Below are positions 52,363-61,133 of a stretch of DNA of 64,000 bases, one piece after another. Position numbers and translations under genes: made by a program. The notes under the pieces were generated by a model. It worked only from the letters and a program-made list of their open reading frames with translations, was not told where the DNA came from and ran no database searches. The stretch is from Candidatus Dormiibacterota bacterium. GTDB taxonomy: Bacteria; Chloroflexota; Dormibacteria; Aeolococcales; Aeolococcaceae. Numbering within the stretch: the first letter of the stretch is position 1; every line of letters starts with the position of its first letter. The stretch is from NCBI GenBank assembly GCA_963718525.1, contig OY970355.1, positions 32,001 to 96,000 of the forward strand, read 5' to 3'.

Positions 52363-53289
52363 CCGCTCCCCACCCGGCACGAGGCGCTCGACTCTCAGGT
52401 ACTCCGCCGGCGCGTGGTCAACCTGAAGGGTCGTGTGCTCGACGTGGAAGCGCTCCTCCAGAAAGCGCTCCAGCTCGAGACGGATCGCATGGCAATCGTC
52501 GTTGGGATGCACCAGCACGTGGGCGGAGAGCGACGGGAAGCCCGAGGTGAGCTCCCAGACATGCAGGTCGTGGACGTTGACCACGTGCGGGTGTGCGGCG
52601 AGTGCGCCACCGATCACCTCCGGGTCCAGGTCGGCCGGCGACGCCTCGAGGAGGACCCGGCCCGCCTTGCCGAGCAGCCGGACGCCGGCGTACACCATGA
52701 GCCCGGCAACCACCACGGAGGCGATCGCGTCTGCGCGTTCGAAGCCAGTCGTGACGATCACGACGCCGGCGATGAGCGTCCCGATGAGCGCATAGAGATC
52801 GGTGAGGATGTGCCGAAAGCTCGCCTCGATGTTGAGGCTGCGCCGATCTGCGTGCGAGAGCTGTCGGGTGACCGCGAGGTTGACCGCGATACCGGCGAGT
52901 GCGATGACGATGACGGCGCCGCCCTCGACGGGCAGTGGCGCCGCCAGGCGGAGCACGGCCTCGAACACGAGGACCGCCGCGAGCACCAGGAGCGTCGCAC
53001 CGCTGATCAATGCACCGAGCACCTCGGCTCGCTTGAGACCGAAGGTGAGGCCACCCTTCGGCGGCCGTTGGGCGAGGCGCAGCGCGACCAGCGAGACGCC
53101 GAGCGCCGCAACGTCGGTGAGCATGTGCGCAGCGTCGGAAAGGAGGGCAAGAGACCGGGCGACGACCGCGACCGCGACCTCGAGTGCGATGAAGACCCCG
53201 ATCAGGCAGAGCGCGGCGACCAGCGGCCACTCATCGCCGCGCGGAGCGGCCTCCGGATGGGCCGGGTCAGGCCCGTGATCGTGCATCAC
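52351..53289 (-). CDS. Cation diffusion facilitator (CzcD/ZitB-like)
   Basis: SLALLSDAAHMLTD, TFGLKRAE, HILTD, HDLHVW and HTTLQ motifs. Confidence 0.95.
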   Translation of the reverse strand: MMHDHGPDPAHPEAAPRGDEWPLVAALCLIGVFIALEVAVAVVARSLALLSDAAHMLTDVAALGVSLVALRLAQRPPKGGLTFGLKRAEVLGALISGATLLVLAAVLVFEAVLRLAAPLPVEGGAVIVIALAGIAVNLAVTRQLSHADRRSLNIEASFRHILTDLYALIGTLIAGVVIVTTGFERADAIASVVVAGLMVYAGVRLLGKAGRVLLEASPADLDPEVIGGALAAHPHVVNVHDLHVWELTSGFPSLSAHVLVHPNDDCHAIRLELERFLEERFHVEHTTLQVDHAPAEYLRVERLVPGGERSAH

Positions 53290-53295
53290 CTCACC

Positions 53296-54126
53296 CTACT
53301 CCGCAGTTCGGGGAGCCACGGCCCACCACACGGTGACGACGGGTTCGATCGGCGGCTTCACGGACCAGAACGCGCCGTCGTGCACCAGGCGTTCGCCGAG
53401 CGCGTCGGCGACCTCTGCATCCTGCGCAGCGTTGAGGCAGAGGCGGCGGCGAATCCACGCAACCGCATCCTCGCGTCGCTCGAAGCCTCCGGGTCGTCGC
53501 GATGAGACCTCGGCGTGCCTGCGCGCCGGCAGTCCGATGTGTCGGAGCACGGCGACAACGTCATTGGCGTCCGGACGATTCGGGCGCGGCAGTGCATGAA
53601 ATCGCCACCACAGATCCGCCATCCACGCGGTCGGGTGCCGGCTGGTGATCTCCATGACAACGCGCCTGCGTGCATGGGTCGACAGCGCCAGGGCAAACGG
53701 AGCAAGGTCGGCGACGTTGTACGCGACGTGATTGCAGACCACGACGTCGGCCTCCGGCGCGCGTTCCGCCACGGCCGGCCACTCGCCTTCGATGGTCCGA
53801 GCCGTGACCCCGCGACGGCGCGCCTGAAGCGTGAATTCGGCGAGCATTGCAGCGGACGAGTCGACGCCGGTCACCAGCGCGCATCGCGGCCCGAGTGGCA
53901 GCGATGCCGATCCTGCGCCAACGCCGACATCGAGGATGGTGCCTCCAGCCGGCAGCGCATCAAGCGCTCGACGATTGGAGTAGGAAAGGTCTCCGGACGT
54001 CGCCAGCTCGGCTCGCGAACGGAAGAGTGCCGTGGGGAATCCCCATGGTGACTCTGGGGCGGCGGTGAGGATGGCGTCGGGCAACGCCCACTCGCGCATC
54101 GCTGTTCGCCATCCTTCTGCGTCCAC
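53296..54126 (-). CDS. Class I SAM-dependent methyltransferase
   Basis: LDVGVGAG and ADVVVCNHVAYNV motifs. Start approximate. Confidence 0.82.
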   Translation of the reverse strand: MDAEGWRTAMREWALPDAILTAAPESPWGFPTALFRSRAELATSGDLSYSNRRALDALPAGGTILDVGVGAGSASLPLGPRCALVTGVDSSAAMLAEFTLQARRRGVTARTIEGEWPAVAERAPEADVVVCNHVAYNVADLAPFALALSTHARRRVVMEITSRHPTAWMADLWWRFHALPRPNRPDANDVVAVLRHIGLPARRHAEVSSRRPGGFERREDAVAWIRRRLCLNAAQDAEVADALGERLVHDGAFWSVKPPIEPVVTVWWAVAPRTAE

Positions 54127-54206
54127 ATATCGATGATGAGCGAAGGCCCCTTGCGACGCCAGCCGCAGCGGCAACCTCAATCGAGAGACGCCGGAGTGTC
54201 CTTTGG

Positions 54207-54509
54207 TCAGAGGGCGTGCACCGCGGCTGCCGTGGCGCATGCGGCAATCACGACAACCAAGAAGGGCGCACGAATCGACACCAGGATCACCGCCACTGCC
54301 AGTCCGGCCGCACGCGAATCCAGCACCAGATGGTTGCCGGTGGCGAACACCGCGACGGCGATCAGCGCGCTCAGCAAGGTGACGGGGAGAGCTTCAAGAG
54401 TCCGCTGCGCCGGCTTCGTCTCCAATAGACGCGTTGGCACGACGAATCCCGCGAGCTTCAGCGCTGCGCACCCCGCCGACGCGATGAGCACTGCGAGCCA
54501 GAGCTTCAT
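54207..54509 (-). CDS. azlD: AzlD-family membrane protein
   Basis: 100-aa hydrophobic ORF (LKLAG, LPVTLLSAL, DSRAAG, RAPF) coupled to azlC. Confidence 0.85.
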   Translation of the reverse strand: MKLWLAVLIASAGCAALKLAGFVVPTRLLETKPAQRTLEALPVTLLSALIAVAVFATGNHLVLDSRAAGLAVAVILVSIRAPFLVVVIAACATAAAVHAL

Positions 54510-55225
54510 CGGTCGAGCACCAGGAGCAGTGCAACCGCCGTCAGGCCACCGATGAGAATCGGCGCGCCGACCGGTACGACCGGGACCGTGACCAGGGCGA
54601 TGAGCCCCGCGCCGAGCGCCACCAGACGCATGCGCGCGGTGTTGAGGCGGGGTCCGAGCAGTGCGATGAAGGCGGCCGGACCCGCAACATCGAGACCCGT
54701 CGCCGCAGGCGAACCGAGCGCGTTGCCCACCAGAGCGCCCGCAATCGTCGATGCGTTCCAGAGCACGTATACGCTGAGCGCGGTCGTCCAGAACGCACGC
54801 GCCGAGTGGCCGCCTCGTGCTTCGCTCACCGCCATCGCGGTGCTCTCGTCGATGGTGACCTCCGCCATCAGGAAACGCCGCCAGCGCGTGGGACGCAGCA
54901 GGGTATTGATCCGCGCCCCATACAGGCCGTTGCGCACGCCGAGCAGCAGCGCCGTCCCCACCGCCGAGAAGTACGACCCGCCAGCGCCGATGATGCTGAC
55001 CAGCGCGAACTGCGATGCGCCGGAGAAGAGCACCAACGACAGCACACACACCTGCAGCAGGCTCAGGTGTGCTTCGACCGACACCGCCCCAAACGACAGC
55101 CCGAACGGCGTGACGCTCACACCGATGGTCAGCGCGCGATTGCGAATCCGCCGTTCTGCGGACTGGAGCGTCGCCGCGTCCGGCGGGTCGTCTTGAAGCT
55201 GGTCATTGCGCGGGGGCTGGGACAT
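54506..55225 (-). CDS. azlC: AzlC-family branched-chain amino acid exporter
   Basis: FGLSFG, SLVLFSGASQF, RNGLYG and TIDESTA motifs. Confidence 0.92.
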   Translation of the reverse strand: MSQPPRNDQLQDDPPDAATLQSAERRIRNRALTIGVSVTPFGLSFGAVSVEAHLSLLQVCVLSLVLFSGASQFALVSIIGAGGSYFSAVGTALLLGVRNGLYGARINTLLRPTRWRRFLMAEVTIDESTAMAVSEARGGHSARAFWTTALSVYVLWNASTIAGALVGNALGSPAATGLDVAGPAAFIALLGPRLNTARMRLVALGAGLIALVTVPVVPVGAPILIGGLTAVALLLVLDR

Positions 55226-55295
55226 GCGGCAGCGCAAGCCTAGGCAATCCGCCGGTCCGCTGAGCCCGTGGAAGCGACGCCGCCGGGGAGCATGA

Positions 55296-55343
55296 CGTCA
55301 AGATTTCGGTGAACTTGACGCCGGAGTGCTCATCCTGCACAGT
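55296..55343 (+). promoter_or_regulatory. Promoter with inverted repeat over the -35 element, upstream of the TauE/SafE gene
   Basis: CGTCAAG-11 nt-CTTGACG; TTGACG-17 nt-CACAGT. Confidence 0.5.
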
Positions 55344-55390
55344 AATGCGAGAGCGTCAAACGCGGCAGGGGACTCGGGAGGGACGCGGGG

Positions 55391-56353
55391 GTGCATATCG
55401 ATCTCTATGTGGCGCTGGCTGGGCTGATCGTCGGTTTCGCCGTGGGTCTCACCGGGATGGGCGGGGGTGCGCTGATGACCCCGATCCTGGTGCTGCTCTT
55501 CGGCATCGCACCGCTGGCCGCGGTCTCGAGCGACCTGGTGGCCTCGCTGATCATGAAGCCGGTCGGCGCCGCGGTCCACGCGGGCCGGGGCACGGTGCGC
55601 TGGAACCTCGCCGGGTGGCTGGCGATCGGGTCGGTGCCCGCGGCGTTCCTCGGCGTGGTCTTCCTGAAATCGATCGGGCACGGGACCCGGGTGCAGACCG
55701 TGGTGAGCATCGCGCTCGGCATCGTGCTCCTGATCGCGGTCATGGCCCTGCTCCTGAAGCTGTACCTCGATCACCGCAACGGCACGTCGCGCGGGGACGA
55801 GCGCCTGGTGATCAAGAAGCTGCCGACCCTGGCGATCGGTGCGTCGATCGGCTTCATCGTGGGCATCACCTCGGTCGGCTCGGGGACCCTGGTGATCGTG
55901 CTCCTGCTCTTCCTCTACCCGCGCCTGCGAGGCTCGCAGATGGTCGGCACCGACCTCGCCCAGGCGATCCCGATGGTGGGCTCGGCGGCGCTGGCGCACA
56001 TCGTCTTCGGCGACTTCAAGCTCGGCCTGACGCTCTCGATCCTGATCGGGAGCATTCCCGGGGTCCTGATCGGTGCGAGTGTCTCGTCGTACGCGCCGAC
56101 GGCGTTCCTGCGCGGTGCGCTGGCGGCGGTGCTGCTGGTCTCCGGGCTCAAGCTGGTCAACGTGCCGACCCTGGCGATCGGGGTGGTGCTGCTGGTCTCG
56201 GTGCTGGTGCTCGGCGCCGCCTGGCTCTACGTCCGCGCGAGTGGCCGGACCCTCCGCGAGCTCTCCGGCGAGAGCAATCAGCATGGGCTCACGGCGCGCG
56301 ACTTCTCCGAGGAGCCGGCGATGCAGCCGGCCGGCTCGCTCACCGAGGCATAG
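55391..56353 (+). CDS. TauE/SafE (TSUP) sulfite exporter-family protein
   Basis: GLTGMGGGALMTP, AVSSDL, GITSVGSG and VGTDLAQA motifs. Confidence 0.93.
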   Translation: MHIDLYVALAGLIVGFAVGLTGMGGGALMTPILVLLFGIAPLAAVSSDLVASLIMKPVGAAVHAGRGTVRWNLAGWLAIGSVPAAFLGVVFLKSIGHGTRVQTVVSIALGIVLLIAVMALLLKLYLDHRNGTSRGDERLVIKKLPTLAIGASIGFIVGITSVGSGTLVIVLLLFLYPRLRGSQMVGTDLAQAIPMVGSAALAHIVFGDFKLGLTLSILIGSIPGVLIGASVSSYAPTAFLRGALAAVLLVSGLKLVNVPTLAIGVVLLVSVLVLGAAWLYVRASGRTLRELSGESNQHGLTARDFSEEPAMQPAGSLTEA

Positions 56354-56374
56354 CCCGTCCGGTCACACCCGCGC

Positions 56375-57193
56375 TCAGACGGAGGGCGGTCCGCTCCTGA
56401 GGCGATCCCGAATCTCGAGCATTCGCTCGTCGCTGTGGTGTGGCATCGCCCAGCGGGTCTCGAGCCACCACGTCGCGCCGGCGTCTGCCCACGGGCGCAC
56501 CCGCGCCGCCGCGGCAGCAGGACCGCCGGTCGCGGACTCGCCGTCGATCACCACCTCGAGATCGTCACGCCCTCGCTCGGCGAGCCAGGCGCGCATGTCG
56601 CGAACATCGTCCGGTGAGCCGTCGCGACCGGGAATCTCGATCTGCGGGACCACGCCGTCGCAGCGCAGCACGCGCCGCATCGATTTCGGCCTCGGCCACA
56701 CGCCCGCAACCCAGATCGGGATTCGCGCCTGCACCGGCCTGCCGACCTCGGTGAGGTCGGTGCGATCGCACTCGTAGTGGTAGTGCCTGCCGTGGTACTT
56801 CGTCCCACCGTCCCACAATGTCCGGATCAGGTCGATGCCCTCATCGAGGTACTCGGCCCGCATCGGCAGATCGATGACCTCGCCGGTGAGCGGCAGGTCC
56901 GTCGCGATCGCGCCGAGCCCGACGGTGAGGATCGCTCGCCCGGCGGAGAGCTGATCGAGCGTGGCAACCTGGCTGGCCACCTTCCACGGACGCCGCCACG
57001 GCAGCGGGGTCAGCAGCGTTCCAAGCATGACCCGGGTGGTCCGCGCCGCCATGGCCGCCAGCAGGGTCCACGCGTCGACGCCGTACGCGGCCTCCCAGAC
57101 GAAGACGCCGTCCCACCCCGACTCCTCGGCCACGATCGCCTGTTCAAGTTGCTGCGTCGCCGTCCCACCCGGGAGGACCACTCCGAACTTCAT
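56375..57193 (-). CDS. LLM-class (luciferase-like) flavin-dependent oxidoreductase
   Basis: AEESGWDGVFVW, TPLPWRRPWKVA, LDQLSAGR and IPIWVAG motifs. Confidence 0.92.
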   Translation of the reverse strand: MKFGVVLPGGTATQQLEQAIVAEESGWDGVFVWEAAYGVDAWTLLAAMAARTTRVMLGTLLTPLPWRRPWKVASQVATLDQLSAGRAILTVGLGAIATDLPLTGEVIDLPMRAEYLDEGIDLIRTLWDGGTKYHGRHYHYECDRTDLTEVGRPVQARIPIWVAGVWPRPKSMRRVLRCDGVVPQIEIPGRDGSPDDVRDMRAWLAERGRDDLEVVIDGESATGGPAAAAARVRPWADAGATWWLETRWAMPHHSDERMLEIRDRLRSGPPSV

Positions 57194-57282
57194 GCTCTCG
57201 CTCCGTGTGTCTTCCTGGACCGCCGCCGCGCCCCCAAAGCCGTGCGCCGGCCCCTTTTCGCGTAGCCGACCGTATAACCGAT

Positions 57283-58461
57283 ATGCGGAGGACATCGCTC
57301 GGACTGCTCGCCGTCGTCGCGGCGACGGCGATTCTGGCTTCTTGCTCGCTTCCCGGCGTCTCGACGAGCCCGACGGCCGCATTCACACCCACCCCTTTGC
57401 CCTCGACCGCGCCGACCGCGACGCCGGTCGTCTGCACCAACCAGAGCGTGCTTGCCACCTGGAGTCTCGATCGGCTTGCTGAGCAGACCCTGGTGATCCC
57501 CGTCGCTGAAACAAACGTCGCGGCGGTGACCTCGGAGGTCGCTGCCGGCGCCGGTGGCGTGATCCTCTTCGGGTCGTCCGCGCCATCGACCCTGTCCACC
57601 AGCCTGCGCACGCTCGCCGCCGCCGCAGCCGGCGGCGTCGCCCCCTTTGTGATGACCGACGAGGAGGGAGGCGCGGTGCAGCGCATGGCGAACCTGGTCG
57701 GCTCGATGCCTTCGGCGCGGCAGATGGCCGCCACGATGTCGCCGGCGCAGATCCGTCAGCTCGTCACCGCTGTCGCCCTGCGCATGCATGCCGCCGGCGT
57801 GACAATGGACCTGGCACCGGTCCTCGATCTCGACAACGGTCAGGGACCGAACAACCGCGATCCGGACGGCACCCGATCGTTCAGCCTCAATCCCACCGCG
57901 GCGGCGGCAGACGGAATCGCCTTCATGCAGGGGCTGCAGGCGGGCGGCATCGTGCCGGTCGTCAAGCACTTCCCGGGGCTCGGTCAGGCGTCGGGCAACA
58001 CGGACGTCGCGCCCGCGAGCACCCAACCGTGGAGCTCGCTGCAACGCGCCGGCCTGCTCCCATTCGAGAGCGCACTTGCGTCCGGCGCTCCTGCGGTGAT
58101 GATCGCCAATGCAACGGTCCCCGGTCTCTCGGCGCTTCCGGCGAGCATCTCGCAGGTGGTCATGACCACCGTGCTGCGCGACCAGCTTGGGTTTCAGGGC
58201 TTGGTGATGACCAACTCGCTTTCCGCCGGTGCGCTCGCCCACATCGGCTATTCGGTTCCGAAAGCGGTGGTGGCAGCGATCTCCGCGGGTGCCGACATGG
58301 TGCTCTACACGGCGGCAGCCGCGCAGGTGGCGTCACTCACCAGCGCAACTGTGGCGGCTCTGGTTGCGGCGGTCAACGCCGGCACGCTCACCCGCGCGCG
58401 TCTGACAGGAGCTGTCGCGAACGTCCTCGTCGCAAAGAACGTGCACCTCTGCGCCGGCTGA
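57283..58461 (+). CDS. GH3 (NagZ-like) glycoside hydrolase lipoprotein with altered catalytic residues
   Basis: Lipobox ILASC, TDEEGGAVQR, APVLD, RSF, KHFPGLG, LLPF, LRDQLGFQGLVMTNSL and AGADM motifs. Confidence 0.88.
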   Translation: MRRTSLGLLAVVAATAILASCSLPGVSTSPTAAFTPTPLPSTAPTATPVVCTNQSVLATWSLDRLAEQTLVIPVAETNVAAVTSEVAAGAGGVILFGSSAPSTLSTSLRTLAAAAAGGVAPFVMTDEEGGAVQRMANLVGSMPSARQMAATMSPAQIRQLVTAVALRMHAAGVTMDLAPVLDLDNGQGPNNRDPDGTRSFSLNPTAAAADGIAFMQGLQAGGIVPVVKHFPGLGQASGNTDVAPASTQPWSSLQRAGLLPFESALASGAPAVMIANATVPGLSALPASISQVVMTTVLRDQLGFQGLVMTNSLSAGALAHIGYSVPKAVVAAISAGADMVLYTAAAAQVASLTSATVAALVAAVNAGTLTRARLTGAVANVLVAKNVHLCAG

Positions 58462-58501
58462 GCATTCGACCGGTTTCCGGCGCTCGACCCGTAGAAAGAG
58501 T

Positions 58502-58899
58502 GTGACACCCGCCGCCGCGCAGTCTGACCAGCCGTGGTCAACTGCAATGATCGATCAGCATCTCGACGATCGCAGCGTGAGCTTTGAGGCTGAATTAAGG
58601 CCCCTGCTCGGGGTTGCGATGCGCCTCGCCACCGCGCTGCGCCTCGAGCGGAATGACGCCGAGGACGCCGTGCAGGAGGCGGCGCTGCGGGCGTGGAGGT
58701 CGCGCCGGAACCGGCGGTCGGGGACGGACCTCCGTCCCTGGTTTCTCGCGATTGTCGCCAATCAATGTCGCGAGACTCGCCGCGTTGCTGGGCCTCCGTT
58801 CTTCGTTTCGCCGACCCGCCCGAGCGAGCGACCGTCGCTGCCATCGACGCAACGGGAAGCCTTGACATGGCCACGGCGCTGCGCTCAAGGGCTACGTGA
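58502..58899 (+). pseudogene. Truncated ECF sigma factor (region 2 only)
   Basis: DAEDAVQEAALRAW...LRPWFLAIVANQCR; frameshift near 58780; sequence stops at LDMATALR, where region 4 should begin. Confidence 0.75.
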
Positions 58900-59240
58900 A
58901 CCTCCAGGGAGTCATCGGCGGGCGAGTGGTCCAGCTCGGCGTCACACACAGCGCGGGCGGTCCGCTGCTCAACAACAACAATGGCACCCTCCCGATGGTG
59001 CGACTGCTGTTACTGCGTCCCGGTGGGACTGCGTATGTCGCATTCGAGGACTCCGATGTCCCCAACGGCCCAACACCGTGCTCGTCGACGCAGACGTTGC
59101 TGATCACCCCACCGCAGGGCGGCCACTCCGTATCGCTGACCGGCACACCGGTCTCGTTGTGTGGCGGTTTCCGCGCCAAGCTCTGGATCGATATCGCGCC
59201 GGTGAGCGGGACCCCGTACTACAACACCAAGATCGCCTGA
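58881..59240 (+). pseudogene. C-terminal fragment of a DUF4232-like extracytoplasmic protein
   Basis: ALKGYVNL...LLRPGGTAY...C...LLITPP...C pattern; no signal peptide or N-terminus. Confidence 0.5.
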
Positions 59241-59377
59241 CCGGACTCTTCCGGCCTGGCGCCCGATCGTGATTGCGTACGTCGGCGCGGGGGCGGGGAT
59301 CCTGCGCAGCGCTGCTAGGATGGGCCGCCTGCATCGCCGCATCGGTGGCACGGACCGATATACGACGGGGGTGATCG

Positions 59378-60166
59378 ATGATCCACGGTGCTGTACGGAT
59401 TGCGTCTATCGCGCTCGTGAGCAGCGCGCTCGCAGTAACCGTCAACGCGCATCCGGCGAGCGCGGCTCACGCTGTCCTGCACCAGGATCAGCCGAGGTCG
59501 CCGTCATCACGCAGCGGCGCCTGGTGGGGAATCGACACCGTCGGCAACGTGCAGACGGGCAACATCATTGCGCAGACCAGGACGGACCTCGGCGCGCCGC
59601 AGTTCGTGGGGCGATATCTCATCTACAGCACCGAGCTTTCGAGTGCCGAGGCCGCATACATCCATCAGCAGGGGCTCTCGATATTGCTCATCGACGATCC
59701 GAATCGCGCGTTCACCTCCGGATCCACCGACGCGCAACAGGCAATCGGGCAGGCTCGCGCGCTCGGCGTCGCTCAGGGTGTCGCGATCTTTCGCGACGTC
59801 GAAACGAGCGATCCCATCTCCGCGACATACATCGGCGCATACACGGCCGCCTTCGCGGGCTCGGGATACGTCACCGGCTTCTACGAGAATCCGATCAACG
59901 GCGCATTCTCCGGCGCGTACTGCTCGCTGGTTGCCAGCAATCCAGCCGCGGTGAAAGGTGTCCTGCTCTTCTCAAGCGAGCCCGAGCACACTGGCAGCGA
60001 TCCTCACCGCGCGGCTCGGCCGCACTATGGACCGAACGTTCCGCCGTGCGCCAACCACACAGCCGCCTGGCAGTACCTGGAACGCGGACTCTTTCCCCCG
60101 GGGACCTGGCCCAACGTCGACGTCGACGAGCTGCCGTCGCGTTTCGCGCACGTGCTCTGGGCCTGA
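59378..60166 (+). CDS. Secreted DUF1906 / GH25-like putative peptidoglycan hydrolase
   Basis: Signal peptide ending ASA, GIDT, VGRYL, LSSAEA, G..DAQQA..QARALG, IFRDVE, WQY and VDVD motifs. Confidence 0.78.
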   Translation: MIHGAVRIASIALVSSALAVTVNAHPASAAHAVLHQDQPRSPSSRSGAWWGIDTVGNVQTGNIIAQTRTDLGAPQFVGRYLIYSTELSSAEAAYIHQQGLSILLIDDPNRAFTSGSTDAQQAIGQARALGVAQGVAIFRDVETSDPISATYIGAYTAAFAGSGYVTGFYENPINGAFSGAYCSLVASNPAAVKGVLLFSSEPEHTGSDPHRAARPHYGPNVPPCANHTAAWQYLERGLFPPGTWPNVDVDELPSRFAHVLWA

Positions 60167-60200
60167 TCACAGCTGACCGGACCGGCCCCCGGCGCACGGA

Positions 60201-60434
60201 CTAGCAGTCCGCGCAGGGGGTCAGATCGGTCGGGGCGCCATCGCCGGCGCGGCGGTAAACGAGCACGACATCCCGGGGAGCCCAGAAGGCTGTCCAGGCC
60301 CGGGCAAGGCGTCCCGGACCGAGGAGCCGGCGGCGCTCGCGACGCTGCTGGGCGCGAGTCCGAGCCATTATCGCGCTCATCATGTGCTCCTGCTCGGCAA
60401 CCTGAGCCATCTCGAGAAGCTGGGGTCCATTCAT
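60201..60434 (-). CDS. Small hypothetical protein (77 aa) ending in CADC
   Basis: GGAGG RBS and a near-consensus promoter upstream; no recognisable family. Confidence 0.62.
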   Translation of the reverse strand: MNGPQLLEMAQVAEQEHMMSAIMARTRAQQRRERRRLLGPGRLARAWTAFWAPRDVVLVYRRAGDGAPTDLTPCADC

Positions 60435-60453
60435 CGTTGTGTCCTCCGTTTGA

Positions 60454-60528
60454 GTAACCATCCAAAGTGGTTTACTGGTAACAGTGTATCGCGCCGTGCA
60501 TCACTTGTCAAATGCTTATACTGGTAAC
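60454..60528. promoter_or_regulatory. Divergent control region: minus-strand promoter flanked by two 29-bp direct repeats
   Basis: TTGACA (60511-60506)-17 nt-TACACT (60488-60483); repeats at 60454-60482 and 60500-60528 both end TACTGGTAAC. Confidence 0.7.
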
Positions 60529-60554
60529 GATGATGACCGAGGGAACGCCCTGAC

Positions 60555-61127
60555 ATGAGCGGCACGGACCACCGCGACCCGGCCCCCGGATCGCTCGCTC
60601 TCGTACAGAAATTCATCAACAGCACGGAGATGCCGGACGGCGAGGACGAGCTGCGCAGCGCCGCCCTGGCTGAGCGTTGGTTGCGCGACGTGGCCGGGAC
60701 CGATCTCACGGTGTCGGACCGCGATCTCGGCCGGCTGGTCGCCACACGCGAGGCGCTGCGGGATCTGCTCGAGGCACACACAGGTGAGAACGTCGATCCG
60801 ACCGTGGCTGTGAGGCTCGAGAAGCTCCTCGGTCATGCGCCGCTGCGGCCGATCGTCAGCGCACGGGGAGCCACCCTTGCAGTCGACTGCCGGGGGGTCG
60901 ACAGCTTTCTCGGGATGGTCTCGACCGCGATCGTCGAGGCGACGCTGATGGGCACATGGGAGCGCTTCAAGGTCTGCCGCGCCAACTCGTGCCGTTGGGC
61001 CTTCTATGACCACTCCAAGAACGGCCGTGGCTGTTGGTGCTCGATGCAGGTCTGCGGTTCTCGGGAGAAGGCCAAGACCTATCGGGCCCGGCAGCGCGCT
61101 GGGACGGGGCAGCCGCAACCGGGCTGA
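60555..61127 (+). CDS. CGNR zinc finger / ABATE domain putative transcription factor
   Basis: LVQKFINS...WL, REALR and RFKVCRANSCRWAFYDHSKNGRGCWCSMQVCGSREK motifs. Confidence 0.93.
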   Translation: MSGTDHRDPAPGSLALVQKFINSTEMPDGEDELRSAALAERWLRDVAGTDLTVSDRDLGRLVATREALRDLLEAHTGENVDPTVAVRLEKLLGHAPLRPIVSARGATLAVDCRGVDSFLGMVSTAIVEATLMGTWERFKVCRANSCRWAFYDHSKNGRGCWCSMQVCGSREKAKTYRARQRAGTGQPQPG

Positions 61128-61133
61128 CCGCCG

